Below, piece by piece: positions 9,449 to 20,400 of a stretch of 64,000 nucleotides of DNA. The notes under the pieces are model-generated. The model was not told where the DNA came from and did not search any database. It saw only the letters and a program-made list of their open reading frames with translations. Source of the DNA: Candidatus Levyibacteriota bacterium (GTDB taxonomy: Bacteria; Patescibacteriota; Microgenomatia; Levybacterales; UBA12049); contig SIBS01000001.1 in NCBI GenBank assembly GCA_009695045.1, positions 42,942 to 106,941 of the forward strand, written 5' to 3'. The stretch's first letter is position 1. Each line of letters starts with the position of its first letter. A program made the position numbers and the translations under genes.

Positions 9449-10447
9449 TTATTGCATAAAGCTATCTACGATCTTAAATGCTTTTTCTTTATTTTTTTCT
9501 GTTATTTCCAACTGTACCATTCCCATTCCGGGTTGACCATAAAATATAGTTCCATAAAGAGGAGCTTGTAATAGTAACGGCAGCACAGATAAATCTTCCT
9601 CACCTAATATACATATTCCAACCTTTTTTTCCTTCCTTATTAAATCAAAAGCATCAAAAATAGCCTTAAATAAAAAAGGTGTTAATGTTCCTGATGAATT
9701 ATTTACGTTAAAAAAAATAAAATCTTTAGAAAACCCTAAATCATCTAAGGAATTATATTTTCTTTTTCTCTCTACGTATAGATCAAATATTGCCAAATCA
9801 TATTTAATTTTATGAGAATTAAAAAATAAAGTTGTTATATCACCAACTATATATATATTATTTTTAGGAATTTCTCTTAATTCCGTAATCACTGAGCCAA
9901 ATGGTTTTTTGCATATTTTTCTTGCTTTTTTACTTAAAATAATCGTCGAAATAAGCCAGTCATCCAAGATATATTTTCTACCATTTCTATTTATAAGACC
10001 CTCTCTAATTCTTGAAGAAGATATTATTTGCCCATCATTTGCTAAGACCATTTCACGCTCAATAATGGGCAGACTAGAAAGACCCATGCTTATACGTTTT
10101 TTATTTACTTCTTCAGCTCCCAACAACCTATCTCTTGAAACAATAATTGCATCTATATAAAAATTATCAATTATTGTGGGACCATAAATATTATCAATTG
10201 AGACAATAATAGAACGTTTAAAAACTCCTTTTTTCTTTAATAAATTTTCTAAGATTTTTTTTCTTATACTAAAATTTTGTATAGCATCTGAGTAGGGTGA
10301 GTTATTTTTATATTTAGAAACAAATATATCAGATGTTAATCCAATAATTACTTTTTCTCCCAGCTTAAAGCAAAATAAAATAAAATCAATATGTCCCCTA
10401 TGTAAATGATCGAATGTTCCTCCGCAAACAATTGTTTTAAATTGCAT
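9449..10447 (-). CDS. Fusion: archaeal/eukaryote-type phosphopantetheine adenylyltransferase + DUF359 GTP-dependent dephospho-CoA kinase-like domain
   Basis: N-terminal GGTFDHLHRGH...IGLTSD...ISSSRIR; C-terminal VGDITT, D-x-x-V-E-R, GEEDL, YGQPGMG (DUF359 signature). Confidence 0.8.
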   Translation of the reverse strand: MQFKTIVCGGTFDHLHRGHIDFILFCFKLGEKVIIGLTSDIFVSKYKNNSPYSDAIQNFSIRKKILENLLKKKGVFKRSIIVSIDNIYGPTIIDNFYIDAIIVSRDRLLGAEEVNKKRISMGLSSLPIIEREMVLANDGQIISSSRIREGLINRNGRKYILDDWLISTIILSKKARKICKKPFGSVITELREIPKNNIYIVGDITTLFFNSHKIKYDLAIFDLYVERKRKYNSLDDLGFSKDFIFFNVNNSSGTLTPFLFKAIFDAFDLIRKEKKVGICILGEEDLSVLPLLLQAPLYGTIFYGQPGMGMVQLEITEKNKEKAFKIVDSFMQ

Positions 10448-11327
10448 ATTTTTTTAATCTCTGTTCATATTTTTTTAAAATTAAACCACGATAATTATGG
10501 GGATGAAATGCTAAAATATTTTCAGAAATAAATTCAGTTGTTTGATGACGCTTAATACTTATCATTTGGACAATTTTTAAAAAAGTTTCAAGCTTTTTAA
10601 ATAAAAAAATAGTCATGATATCTATTTTTGATACTTTATTTAATTTATTATCTTCTACCACAATATCAAGACTATTAATTAAATATTTTTTTACCCAAAT
10701 ATTATTTATAAGAAAAGTTTTATAAAAATTACCCCTATCAAAAAGTGGTCTTAATTGCGTTATCTCATGGGCTAAATATAAATCTTTTTTTATATTTCTT
10801 AATGATAAAGCATTATTAGTTATTAACATATTCAAGCATATTGAGTTAGAGATATTTTTTCCATTTCTTTTTCTTTTTACTCCTAATATAGCTAAGATTA
10901 TTAAAACAAAAAACCTAGTACTCCAAACTGCATCTTCAGATGTAATAAGAAAAAAGTCAATATCATCATCTTTATCTGAATTATTCATTGCTAATGCCCC
11001 AGATAAGCCAATAAATAAAACTGTAGGAATTTTAGAAATAATTTTTACAATTTTTTTCGAATTTCTTATTTTAATAACGCTCTCTTTTTCCCTGCCTAAT
11101 CTTAATTTAATAATTGAATCTCGACCTTTTAAATAATACCATTCTCTTTTTTTTAATATTGCTTTTGATCTTTTAATGACTTGGTCAAAAAGTTCTTTTT
11201 CAACTTTAGTAGAAGAGATTAAATATTTCCATAATTCCTCTTTTTTTAAAGGGTAGTCAAATAAATCAGAATAACAAAGAGTTTTATTAATTTTGATTTC
11301 AATATTATAAATAATAGAATTCATCAT
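10437..11327 (-). CDS. Hypothetical protein with polymerase-beta-like nucleotidyltransferase motif
   Basis: hhGLSGALA-x7-DDIDF motif; N-terminal YSDLFDYPLKKEEL segment; start may be the second ATG (11324). Confidence 0.65.
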   Translation of the reverse strand: MMNSIIYNIEIKINKTLCYSDLFDYPLKKEELWKYLISSTKVEKELFDQVIKRSKAILKKREWYYLKGRDSIIKLRLGREKESVIKIRNSKKIVKIISKIPTVLFIGLSGALAMNNSDKDDDIDFFLITSEDAVWSTRFFVLIILAILGVKRKRNGKNISNSICLNMLITNNALSLRNIKKDLYLAHEITQLRPLFDRGNFYKTFLINNIWVKKYLINSLDIVVEDNKLNKVSKIDIMTIFLFKKLETFLKIVQMISIKRHQTTEFISENILAFHPHNYRGLILKKYEQRLKKYAI

Positions 11328-11384
11328 GAAATTATACTACACATTAATAGTTGTTAAAATTATTAAATAATTATATAGAGGATG

Positions 11385-12887
11385 TTATTGTTCATACTGC
11401 TTTATAACCTGATCAACACCTTTTGCAAGAGTTTCAACAGCAGTTTCTGGAGATGTATTTTCCAATATTGACTTTATAGCATTGCCCAGATATGTATTCA
11501 TAGCCGTATTTAGACCATTATCACTTGTGTCTCCTGCAAAGAAAGAAGACGATGAATTTTCTGCTTGTTTTACAAATGGATATATAAGATCATTATCTTT
11601 TAAAGTTATACCAAGATCTTTTCGAGGATATAGCTCGCCAAATAATCGTGTTTTAGATATTTCTGTAAATAATTTTTGTTGTGTTTCTTTTTGTGCTAAA
11701 AACTTTATAAATTCCATTGCTTCTTTCTGATGAGGACTTTTAACAGAAACGCCTTCGACCCAGTAACTTGCAATCGACTGCTCTCTTCCTAAAATATGAG
11801 GGACTGGATAAATACTGAATGATAATTCTGGATTAGATGCTCTTAGAGCAATTATGTCCCATGAATATCCAAAATAAAATGCTAATCTTCCCCTCGCAAA
11901 CATTACCATGGAAGAATCAAGAGTATCATCCCATACATTTCCATCACCTATCGCAAAAGAGGTATAGAATGATAAAGCATCACTTGAATTTTCCAATGTT
12001 TTAGATAAATTATTTATATCTGCACCATTTTGTAATAACAGTAAAGAAATAATATCTGGAGCATGATTTATGTTATCAAATGTTCCCATAGCTGTTCCAG
12101 CGGTCTTTATGATGCCCTTTTCATCTTTTACTGTAAGACTCCTAGATAATTTAGAGAAATCATCCCATGTTTGAGGAACACTTGATCCACTAGAAGTTAG
12201 AATGTCATTATTTACAAACAAAGCCAATGTATCCATATGAATCGGTATTCCAAATATTGCACCATTACGAACTATATCTCTTTGCAAAGTTGAGTAAAAA
12301 AAATTTTGAAAATCTGCTTTTGTAATAACACTTTCTGGTAATGGGGATAAAAGACGTCCAACCATAGGTAGCCATGAACTATGATAACGAAATATATCTG
12401 GACCATTTTCTTTCGGAATTCTTGTCATTAATCTATCTTTATATTGCTTTATGTCTTGCTTCTTATAGTCAATAACTATTAATGGGTGTATTTTTTGAAA
12501 ATCATTAATTGTCTTCTGCATTAAATCCTGAGACTCCCATAGCCCCCAATAGGTCAATCTTATTGGTGTAGCTTTTTGAGAAAAAAATGGAAAAACAAAT
12601 CTATATATACCAAATCCAATGCATAATAATATTATTATTCCTAATATAATTTTTATCATTAATTTAAGAATAAAAGTTTCTCCATTCTTATGGTCATTAT
12701 CTGTTGGATTAAATCCTCCAAAATGCTGCGTATTATGTATTGATTTAGCTGAATTAACTAATTGAGACTTATTTGATTGATTAACTGATGACGTTTCCAT
12801 TGAAGCAGGGCGAGGGAAAACATCCTTTTGAGATAGACTCACCTGTGGCTTTAGCTGGGAACTTTTAAATATTATATTTTCTTCCAT
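11385..12887 (-). CDS. Membrane-anchored ABC-type sugar substrate-binding protein (SBP family 1)
   Basis: TM helix, then LTYWGLWE, GPDIF, GIPIHMDTLALFVN, PQTWDDF. Confidence 0.88.
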   Translation of the reverse strand: MEENIIFKSSQLKPQVSLSQKDVFPRPASMETSSVNQSNKSQLVNSAKSIHNTQHFGGFNPTDNDHKNGETFILKLMIKIILGIIILLCIGFGIYRFVFPFFSQKATPIRLTYWGLWESQDLMQKTINDFQKIHPLIVIDYKKQDIKQYKDRLMTRIPKENGPDIFRYHSSWLPMVGRLLSPLPESVITKADFQNFFYSTLQRDIVRNGAIFGIPIHMDTLALFVNNDILTSSGSSVPQTWDDFSKLSRSLTVKDEKGIIKTAGTAMGTFDNINHAPDIISLLLLQNGADINNLSKTLENSSDALSFYTSFAIGDGNVWDDTLDSSMVMFARGRLAFYFGYSWDIIALRASNPELSFSIYPVPHILGREQSIASYWVEGVSVKSPHQKEAMEFIKFLAQKETQQKLFTEISKTRLFGELYPRKDLGITLKDNDLIYPFVKQAENSSSSFFAGDTSDNGLNTAMNTYLGNAIKSILENTSPETAVETLAKGVDQVIKQYEQ

Positions 12888-12922
12888 AAAGTATATATAG
12901 TATAATACGAAATACTCACATA

Positions 12923-14347
12923 ATGAAAGGTAAAAATAATAAACATCATTCTCATCATTATCATTTAATCAAAATCTTATTCTGGTTTTTCATAGGATTG
13001 AGCCTTGGACTACTCTTCGTAATTGGATTTACTTTTATTTTTTTCCAAAATAAGTATCTAAATAAAATCTATCCCGGAATAACAGTTAATGGAATAGATA
13101 TGAGTGAAATGTCTAAGGATGAAGTGAAAGATTTTTTTGATAGAAAGAATAAAAAGATGGAAGATATTCATTTTACATTCGTGAAAGATGATAATATGGC
13201 TACTATATCCGCAAAAAAACTTGAGATGGGATATAATAGTAATCTTTTAGCAAATCAAGCATATTATCTAGGAAGATCAAAAGATTTACTTTCCAACATT
13301 AGTATTATTTTTCAAGCAGGGATTAATGGCATCGATCTTTCTCCATCCTATATGTATGCAGATAATGAATTGTTAAAACTACTTGATCCAATTATACAAC
13401 AATATAAAATAAATCCCGTTAATGCATTATTTACTTTTGAAAATGGAAAAGTCGTAGCGTTTCGTCTCTCATCAGAAGGATCTTTTGTAGATATTGTTGC
13501 ATTAAAAAAAGCCATTTGGATTAAAATTCCAAATATTACATTTTATGAAAAAATGAGAACAATCATAATACCAATCCCAATAAAAATTATTAAACCAGAA
13601 ATTGACATAGACAAGGCAAATAATTTAGGCATAAAAGAATTAATTGGCTCCGGTACATCACTTTTTCATGGTTCAATAAAAGAAAGGGTATACAATATTA
13701 ATCTAGCTGTCTCAAAAATTAATGGTATATTAATAAATAATAATGAGATATTTTCTTTTAATAAATCTCTTGGAGACATATCAGCATTTACTGGATTTAA
13801 AAAAGCATATACAATACAAAACGGAAAAACAATTCTTGATGATGGTGGAGGAGTATGTCAAGTATCAACAACTTTATTTCGTGCAACCTTAAATGCAGGA
13901 TTACCAATTATAGAACGTCATGCGCATACATATAGAGTTGGATACTATGAACAAGAATCAGATCCTGGAATAGATGCTACAATATATTCTCCATCTATTG
14001 ATTTTAAATTTAAAAATGATACTGGACATTCTATTTTAATTCAAAGCTTTGTGGATAATAATTTTGAACGACTTAGTATTTTATTTTACGGATTAAATGA
14101 TAATAGACAAACTACTATTTCAAAATCTATTATTACAACTCAGATAGCTCCTGGCGAAACGATATATCGAGATGATTCATCACTTGCTAAGGGGCAGATT
14201 AAGCAAACAGAATATGCAACATGGGGAGCAAATGTATACTTTATAAGAGAAGTGAAAAAAAATGGAAAAATAATTATATCTGAAAAATACTCGTCATACT
14301 ATCAACCATGGGCATCTGTGTTTACTAAGGGAACTAAAGAGATATAG
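12923..14347 (+). CDS. VanW family protein with peptidoglycan-binding repeats
   Basis: N-terminal TM; FSFN, GGGVCQVSTTLFRA, ERHAH, GIDAT, DFKFKNDT. Confidence 0.9.
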   Translation: MKGKNNKHHSHHYHLIKILFWFFIGLSLGLLFVIGFTFIFFQNKYLNKIYPGITVNGIDMSEMSKDEVKDFFDRKNKKMEDIHFTFVKDDNMATISAKKLEMGYNSNLLANQAYYLGRSKDLLSNISIIFQAGINGIDLSPSYMYADNELLKLLDPIIQQYKINPVNALFTFENGKVVAFRLSSEGSFVDIVALKKAIWIKIPNITFYEKMRTIIIPIPIKIIKPEIDIDKANNLGIKELIGSGTSLFHGSIKERVYNINLAVSKINGILINNNEIFSFNKSLGDISAFTGFKKAYTIQNGKTILDDGGGVCQVSTTLFRATLNAGLPIIERHAHTYRVGYYEQESDPGIDATIYSPSIDFKFKNDTGHSILIQSFVDNNFERLSILFYGLNDNRQTTISKSIITTQIAPGETIYRDDSSLAKGQIKQTEYATWGANVYFIREVKKNGKIIISEKYSSYYQPWASVFTKGTKEI

Positions 14348-14375
14348 TCAATAAATTTTTAATAATTATTTAAAT

Positions 14376-14867
14376 ATGAAAAAAAACCTAACCATTAATG
14401 AAGCTATTGAGATAAGTAAAAATTTACGAAAACAGAAAAAAATAATAATTGTTACAGGTGGATGCTTTGACATAATACATATAGGACATATTTCTCTTCT
14501 GACGGAAGCTAAAAAAAAAGGTGACATACTTTTTGTATTACTCGAAAACGATACAAATACAACTATTAATAAAGGCTTAGGTAGACCAATTAATAATCAA
14601 AAACAAAGATCTATAGTTCTAGAAGCACTTGAAACAGTTGACTATGTTATTAACCTACCAAATCTTATCAGCGACAATGAATATGATAATCTCATAACTG
14701 CGCTGAGGCCTGCGATAATTGCGACAACCAAAGGGGACTCATTTAGGAAACACAAAGAAAGACAAGCATTAATAATTGGAGCAATCGTTGTAGACGTAAT
14801 TAAGCCTATTCCTAATACCTCGACAAGTAAAATGGCAGATGTTATTCAAAAAAAATTTATGATATGA
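14376..14867 (+). CDS. Cytidylyl/adenylyltransferase family protein (RfaE-II/TagD/RibL-like)
   Basis: GGCFDIIHIGH, KGLGRPIN, STS motifs; substrate not determinable. Confidence 0.85.
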   Translation: MKKNLTINEAIEISKNLRKQKKIIIVTGGCFDIIHIGHISLLTEAKKKGDILFVLLENDTNTTINKGLGRPINNQKQRSIVLEALETVDYVINLPNLISDNEYDNLITALRPAIIATTKGDSFRKHKERQALIIGAIVVDVIKPIPNTSTSKMADVIQKKFMI

Positions 14868-15328
14868 AAAACTCATCTATACTGCTATTATTTTTAGCAC
14901 TTATTATTATTTTTCTAATTGACCGATATTCTTCTATAATTAACCTTTTTCCCTTAGTGGTGAGGCCTTTTATCATTATTAATAGTCATAGATTTAAAAT
15001 AATTTCTGCAAATACTCCAATAAGCCAAGAGGTTGGACTATCTACATACACCTCTTTGCCAATAGATAAGGGCATGCTTTTTACTTTTGAAAAAGCAGAT
15101 TATTATAATTTCTGGATGAAAAATATGAAAATTCCTATTGATATAATTTTTATAAATGGAGATAGTGTGGTTACGATATTTCAAAATGTTCAACCACCTA
15201 CTACTAAAGATCAAAAGCTGCCGTTATATAAGCCAGAAAAACCATCAGACTCAGTGCTTGAAATAAATGCTGGACTCACAAATAAATATAATATTAAAAA
15301 AAATGACAAAGTTAAAATATATCTTTAG
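14864..15328 (+). CDS. DUF192 domain protein
   Basis: GMLF, FWMKNMKIPIDIIFI, VLEINAG. Confidence 0.9.
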   Translation: MKNSSILLLFLALIIIFLIDRYSSIINLFPLVVRPFIIINSHRFKIISANTPISQEVGLSTYTSLPIDKGMLFTFEKADYYNFWMKNMKIPIDIIFINGDSVVTIFQNVQPPTTKDQKLPLYKPEKPSDSVLEINAGLTNKYNIKKNDKVKIYL

Positions 15329-15336
15329 TTATTATT

Positions 15337-16362
15337 ATGAAAATCTTAGGAATTGAAACTTCATGTGACGAAACAGGAGCATCTATTATTGAGGCATCAG
15401 CAAAATTACCATTTGTTAAGATTCGGGCTAATGTTCTTGCCTCATCTCTCGCACTACATAGTAAAACAGGAGGTATTATTCCAGAAATTGCGGCAAGAGA
15501 GCAATTAAAATATATCATCCCCACAATTGATTCTGCATTTAAGGAAGCTTGCATAAAAAGTAGCGAGATTGACGCAATTGCAGTAACCATTGGGCCAGGC
15601 TTGATTGGATCACTATTAGTAGGCGTAGAAACAGCAAAAACATTTGCCTATGCCCTAAATAAACCAATCATTCCTGTAAACCATCTTTTTGGACATATAT
15701 ATGCAAACTGGATTGATGATGGAATAAAAAAAGATATTTCATTTCCGGTAATTGCACTTATTGTTTCTGGAGGACATACAGATATTGTTCTTATGAAAAG
15801 TCATGAAGACATATTGTGGATAGGGGGGACAAGGGATGATGCAGCCGGAGAAGCATTTGATAAAATAGGAAGATTAATTGGATTATCTTATCCAGCAGGA
15901 CCAGAAATAGAAAAAATCGCAAAAAATGGAGATCCAAAATCTTTTACTTTTCCAAGACCAATGATTAAATCACTTGATTTTGATTTTTCTTTTTCAGGTC
16001 TTAAAAGCGCTGTCCTTCGTGAAGTACAAAAAGTTCCCACAATATCATCAACTTTTATTGCCAATATTAGCGCATCAGCACAAGAAGCAATTATCGATAT
16101 ATTGACAATAAAAACTCTAAAGGCAGCAATCAATCATGGTGCAAAATCAATTCTTATAGCTGGTGGGGTTGCAGCAAACAAGACCCTTAAGAAACGTTTT
16201 GAATTCGAGATTAAAAAAGAAAAATTAGAAACAACACTATATGTTCCATCGCCAAATCTATGCACAGATAATGCTGCCATGATTGCTACAGCAGGATTTT
16301 TCCAATATAAAGCGTCTTCATGGAAAGACATTACTGCAAATCCACAACTCTACTTTGACTAA
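15337..16362 (+). CDS. tsaD: tRNA N6-threonylcarbamoyltransferase TsaD
   Basis: ILGIETSCDET, GPGLIGSL, NHLFGH, VSGGHT, DDAAGEAFDK, CTDNAAMIA. Confidence 0.98.
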   Translation: MKILGIETSCDETGASIIEASAKLPFVKIRANVLASSLALHSKTGGIIPEIAAREQLKYIIPTIDSAFKEACIKSSEIDAIAVTIGPGLIGSLLVGVETAKTFAYALNKPIIPVNHLFGHIYANWIDDGIKKDISFPVIALIVSGGHTDIVLMKSHEDILWIGGTRDDAAGEAFDKIGRLIGLSYPAGPEIEKIAKNGDPKSFTFPRPMIKSLDFDFSFSGLKSAVLREVQKVPTISSTFIANISASAQEAIIDILTIKTLKAAINHGAKSILIAGGVAANKTLKKRFEFEIKKEKLETTLYVPSPNLCTDNAAMIATAGFFQYKASSWKDITANPQLYFD

Positions 16363-16384
16363 AAACCCATGATACAATAATTAT

Positions 16385-17380
16385 ATGAACATTGAATTAT
16401 TTCTTGGAATTATTATTTTACTTATACTTATTGGATTTGTATTTATTTATAAAAAAATTACTAACATACAAAAAGACAATACTAATGCAGCTCTTCTCGA
16501 ATGGCTTAAATCGATGCAGAAAACCGTAGATACCAGTTCTTCACATATGATTAATACCCTGCAGGAAAACTCCAAACAGCTCAACGATCGACTAGATAGA
16601 ACAGCTGCCGTGATAAAGGATGTTAGCAAGGAAGTTGGGCAAATGAGCGAGATTGGCAGAAGCATGAAAGAGCTGCAAGATTTCCTCAAGAGCCCAAAGC
16701 TTCGAGGAAATATTGGAGAGCAAGTTTTAAATGATCTTATTTCACAAATGTTTCCAAAAAATAGTTTTAATTTACAGTATCAATTTCGCTCCGGCGACAA
16801 GGTAGATGTAGCAATCAGAACAGATGCTGGAATTTTATGTATTGATTCTAAATTTCCTATGGAAAATTTTCAAAAAATGACAAAAGCATCAATCGAAACT
16901 AGAGAATTATTTCAAAAAGATTTTACTAGAGATGTAAAAAAACATATTGATGCAATTTCCAAAAAATATATTCTTCCAGAAGAGGGAACGATGGATTTCT
17001 CACTAATGTATGTTCCAAGCGAAAGTGTATATTATGAAATTGTAAATATGACAGACATCATGGAACATGCACGAAAATCACGTATATATATTGTTTCACC
17101 AAGCACTTTGTATGCACATTTACAAACAATCCTTTTATCATTTGAAGGAAGGAAAATAGAACAACGATCTCATGAAGTTTTAAAAATTATAAGAGGATTA
17201 CAAATTGACTATGGAAAAGTAGATGAAAATATGTCTATTTTAGGTAGACATCTTACAAACGCACACTCACAATTTAATAATGTTAATACTGGATTTTCTC
17301 AATTAGGACAAAAGATATCAAATGCAAATATACTAGGAGATAAAGAAGAAGATGAAAAATTAAAAACTATTTTAAAATAA
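16385..17380 (+). CDS. rmuC: DNA recombination protein RmuC
   Basis: N-terminal TM and coiled coil, RGNIGE, IDSKFP, MYVPSES, VSPSTL. Confidence 0.93.
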   Translation: MNIELFLGIIILLILIGFVFIYKKITNIQKDNTNAALLEWLKSMQKTVDTSSSHMINTLQENSKQLNDRLDRTAAVIKDVSKEVGQMSEIGRSMKELQDFLKSPKLRGNIGEQVLNDLISQMFPKNSFNLQYQFRSGDKVDVAIRTDAGILCIDSKFPMENFQKMTKASIETRELFQKDFTRDVKKHIDAISKKYILPEEGTMDFSLMYVPSESVYYEIVNMTDIMEHARKSRIYIVSPSTLYAHLQTILLSFEGRKIEQRSHEVLKIIRGLQIDYGKVDENMSILGRHLTNAHSQFNNVNTGFSQLGQKISNANILGDKEEDEKLKTILK

Positions 17381-17424
17381 TAAATACTATAACCTACTTA
17401 ATATTAATCTAGTATCTTTAATTT

Positions 17425-20400
17425 TTATTTTCCAATAAAAGAACGAAGAATACAATATCTACAATCATCATCACTGCACTTAATATTCCAGAATGTAAGA
17501 TTAATAATTTTTTCTCCTGTATCAATAATTTGATTAATAAGCATACTGACCTCATCATCTGTAATCACAAAAGATTCAGATTTAAATCTTCCTCCCTCAT
17601 CTGGTTCTATGAATTCTATGATTCCATTTTTCATTTTATAAAAACCGTCTCTAAAATTATCTAAAAGAATTTTATAAAAAATTAACTGCCTTTTATAATT
17701 TCCGCTACTAGATTTAGTTAATCCTTCTATTTCATTTCTTGATTTTGGCTTACCAGTTTTAAAATCATAAACATTAAACGCATTACTATTAATTGGAGCA
17801 ATCATGTCAATTTTTCCATTAATAAAAATGTTGTCATTAATATAGATTCCATTAATCGCAACTTCACTTTCAATATTTAAATTCCAGCCATTCATTTTTT
17901 CATCATAATATTTTCCCAATGCTTCAGTGCCTTTTTTTAAAAAAGTTAAAAAATCTTTTTGAAGTATAGGCTGTCTTAATAATTCATCTTTAAAAAATCC
18001 TAATAATATTTCCTTACTAGTATTACCATTTTTAAAAGAGTTTATATATTTATTTATAGCAAAATGTATAGCGTTGCCAAATAATCCAGCATCATCAATT
18101 ATCTCTGGTATTCTAATTAAATTGTTAAAAAAATATTTCCATGGACATTCATTAAAATTATTTAAAGCACTTACGGAAAGTCCTTGTCGTTTAAAGAGTT
18201 CTGAAATATATTCTCTTAAAAAAGGTGTAGGAATATTACTATTGGCATTATTAGATATTAATATATTAAACATTTTTTCTTTATGTATAAGAAGATTTTT
18301 TTCAAATTTATCTACATTTATATTTTCACTTAAATCTATTGGTATTTCGCTAATGAATTGTGATGGAATCTGTTCTCGACCATCTTGAGATAATAATGAA
18401 TATGACAAAAATATATTTTTTCTAGCCCTTGTTAAAGCAACATAAAATAATCTTCTCTCATCGACATTATCATCGTTCTCAATATCCCCATCTAGCTTAA
18501 GCCCCAAATGGCTCCATGGAATATTAAAAGTTATATTTTTTCTTCTTGAATTACCCCAATGACCATCAAATACATTGATAACAAAAACATAGTCAAATTC
18601 AAGTCCTTTTGATTTATGAACAGTCATAATTCTTACGATATTATCAGGATTTATCTGAGAACTACGCTTAATAGATAATTTATTGCTTTCAATTAAGTCA
18701 ATATATTCTATAAAGCTGGATAGAGAAAATGAAGAATTTTTTCCAACCTCTTCTTTAGCTACATCAAAAAGGCACATTATGCGACCTAATATTTCCTGCG
18801 CATGTGTCTTTTCTAAAATTTTATTTATCAAACCGCTATTATATAAAACATCTATAAAAACCTTATCAAATCTTTCATTTGAAGATTTTTTAATTAATCC
18901 ATTTTTCTCATCAATAAAAAATGATATGAAATTATCAATTTCTTTTTTATTTATTATAGATAATTTTTTAAAAAAATTTTTATCTTTAAAAATATCCCAA
19001 ATAGATATTTTATTATCATAACCTCCTCGTATTAATTTAAAAGCATCAAGTGGATGAACATTAAAGCAGTCAAGAAGCAATGCTTTTTTTATAAATTCAT
19101 CTCTATTCTTTAAGGGTTCATTCAATGTTCTAAATAATAATATTAATTTCTGCACATCTAAATCATCTAAAATATTACTATCAGACTCAACGATATATTG
19201 AATTTTAAAACTATCAAAAATAGAAATTAAAGAATCAATATCTTTATTTTTTCTTGCTAAAACAGCTATATTATGTCCTAGCGTAGAATTATTTACCAAC
19301 AAATTATTTATTTTTTCTGCAATCCAAAAATATTCTAGATCTGATGATCTTAATTCAACTATTCCAATCTTTTCTTCTTGATGTATTGATTTTTTTATTA
19401 AACCTTCTGATTCTGATAAAATTTGTGTTGATTTAGGATTATTTAAAATAATTGCATGAGCTACATCAAGGATTGTCTGAGTAGAGCGATAATTTTCTGA
19501 TAGATTTATTAATTTTGCATCTGGATATATTTTTTTAAAATATAAAAAATTTTCAAGAGTTGCTCCTTGAAAACGAAATATTGCCTGCTTCTCATCACCT
19601 ACTACAAATAGATTTGGACTATCGAAATAATTACATAATAATTCTACAATCTTAGCCTGGGCTGCATTCGTATCTTGATGTTCATCAACTAAAAAATATT
19701 GAAATTTTTCTTGTAAAATTTGAAGGAGATATGAATTTTCTGTTAATTTCCGGATAACCTCCAGAAGCATATCATTATAATCATATTTTTTATTTTCAAA
19801 CATTTTTTTCTGATATTCCTTAAATACTAGCAATAGTTCTTTATTTTTTTCATAATCTTTATATAATTTTTGATATATACTCTTCATTTTTCCTTTATGT
19901 GCACCTTTCTCATGAAATAAATCAGGAAAAGAATCTAAATCTTTTTTAAAATTTTCCAGTGCATATTCAAAAGATTCAGGGCTTACATTCTCACTCTTCA
20001 ATTTACCAATAGCATGTATTAGATGAATAAAGTAATAATTTTTGTCTCCTAAAGGACGGAGGATTATAAGTGGTAGATGCATTACACATTTTTCAATTAT
20101 TTGCAGTTGCTCAATTTCATTAATGCTTACTGAATCAATAATATGAGAAAATTCTTCTTGATTTGATTTTATAAAATTATTACAAAAAGAATGAAAAGTG
20201 GTTATCTCAGCTCGATATGCATCCTGACCAATAACAGAAAGCAATCTTTTTCTCATCTCCAATGCAGCTGCTTCTGTAAAAGTAAGAGCTAATATATTTT
20301 CTGGATTAACTTGAGTCTTGAGCAAGATATTAGCAATACGAAGAGTGAGAACTTGAGTTTTTCCCGTACCCGGACCAGCGACAACCATTACTGGCCCCTC

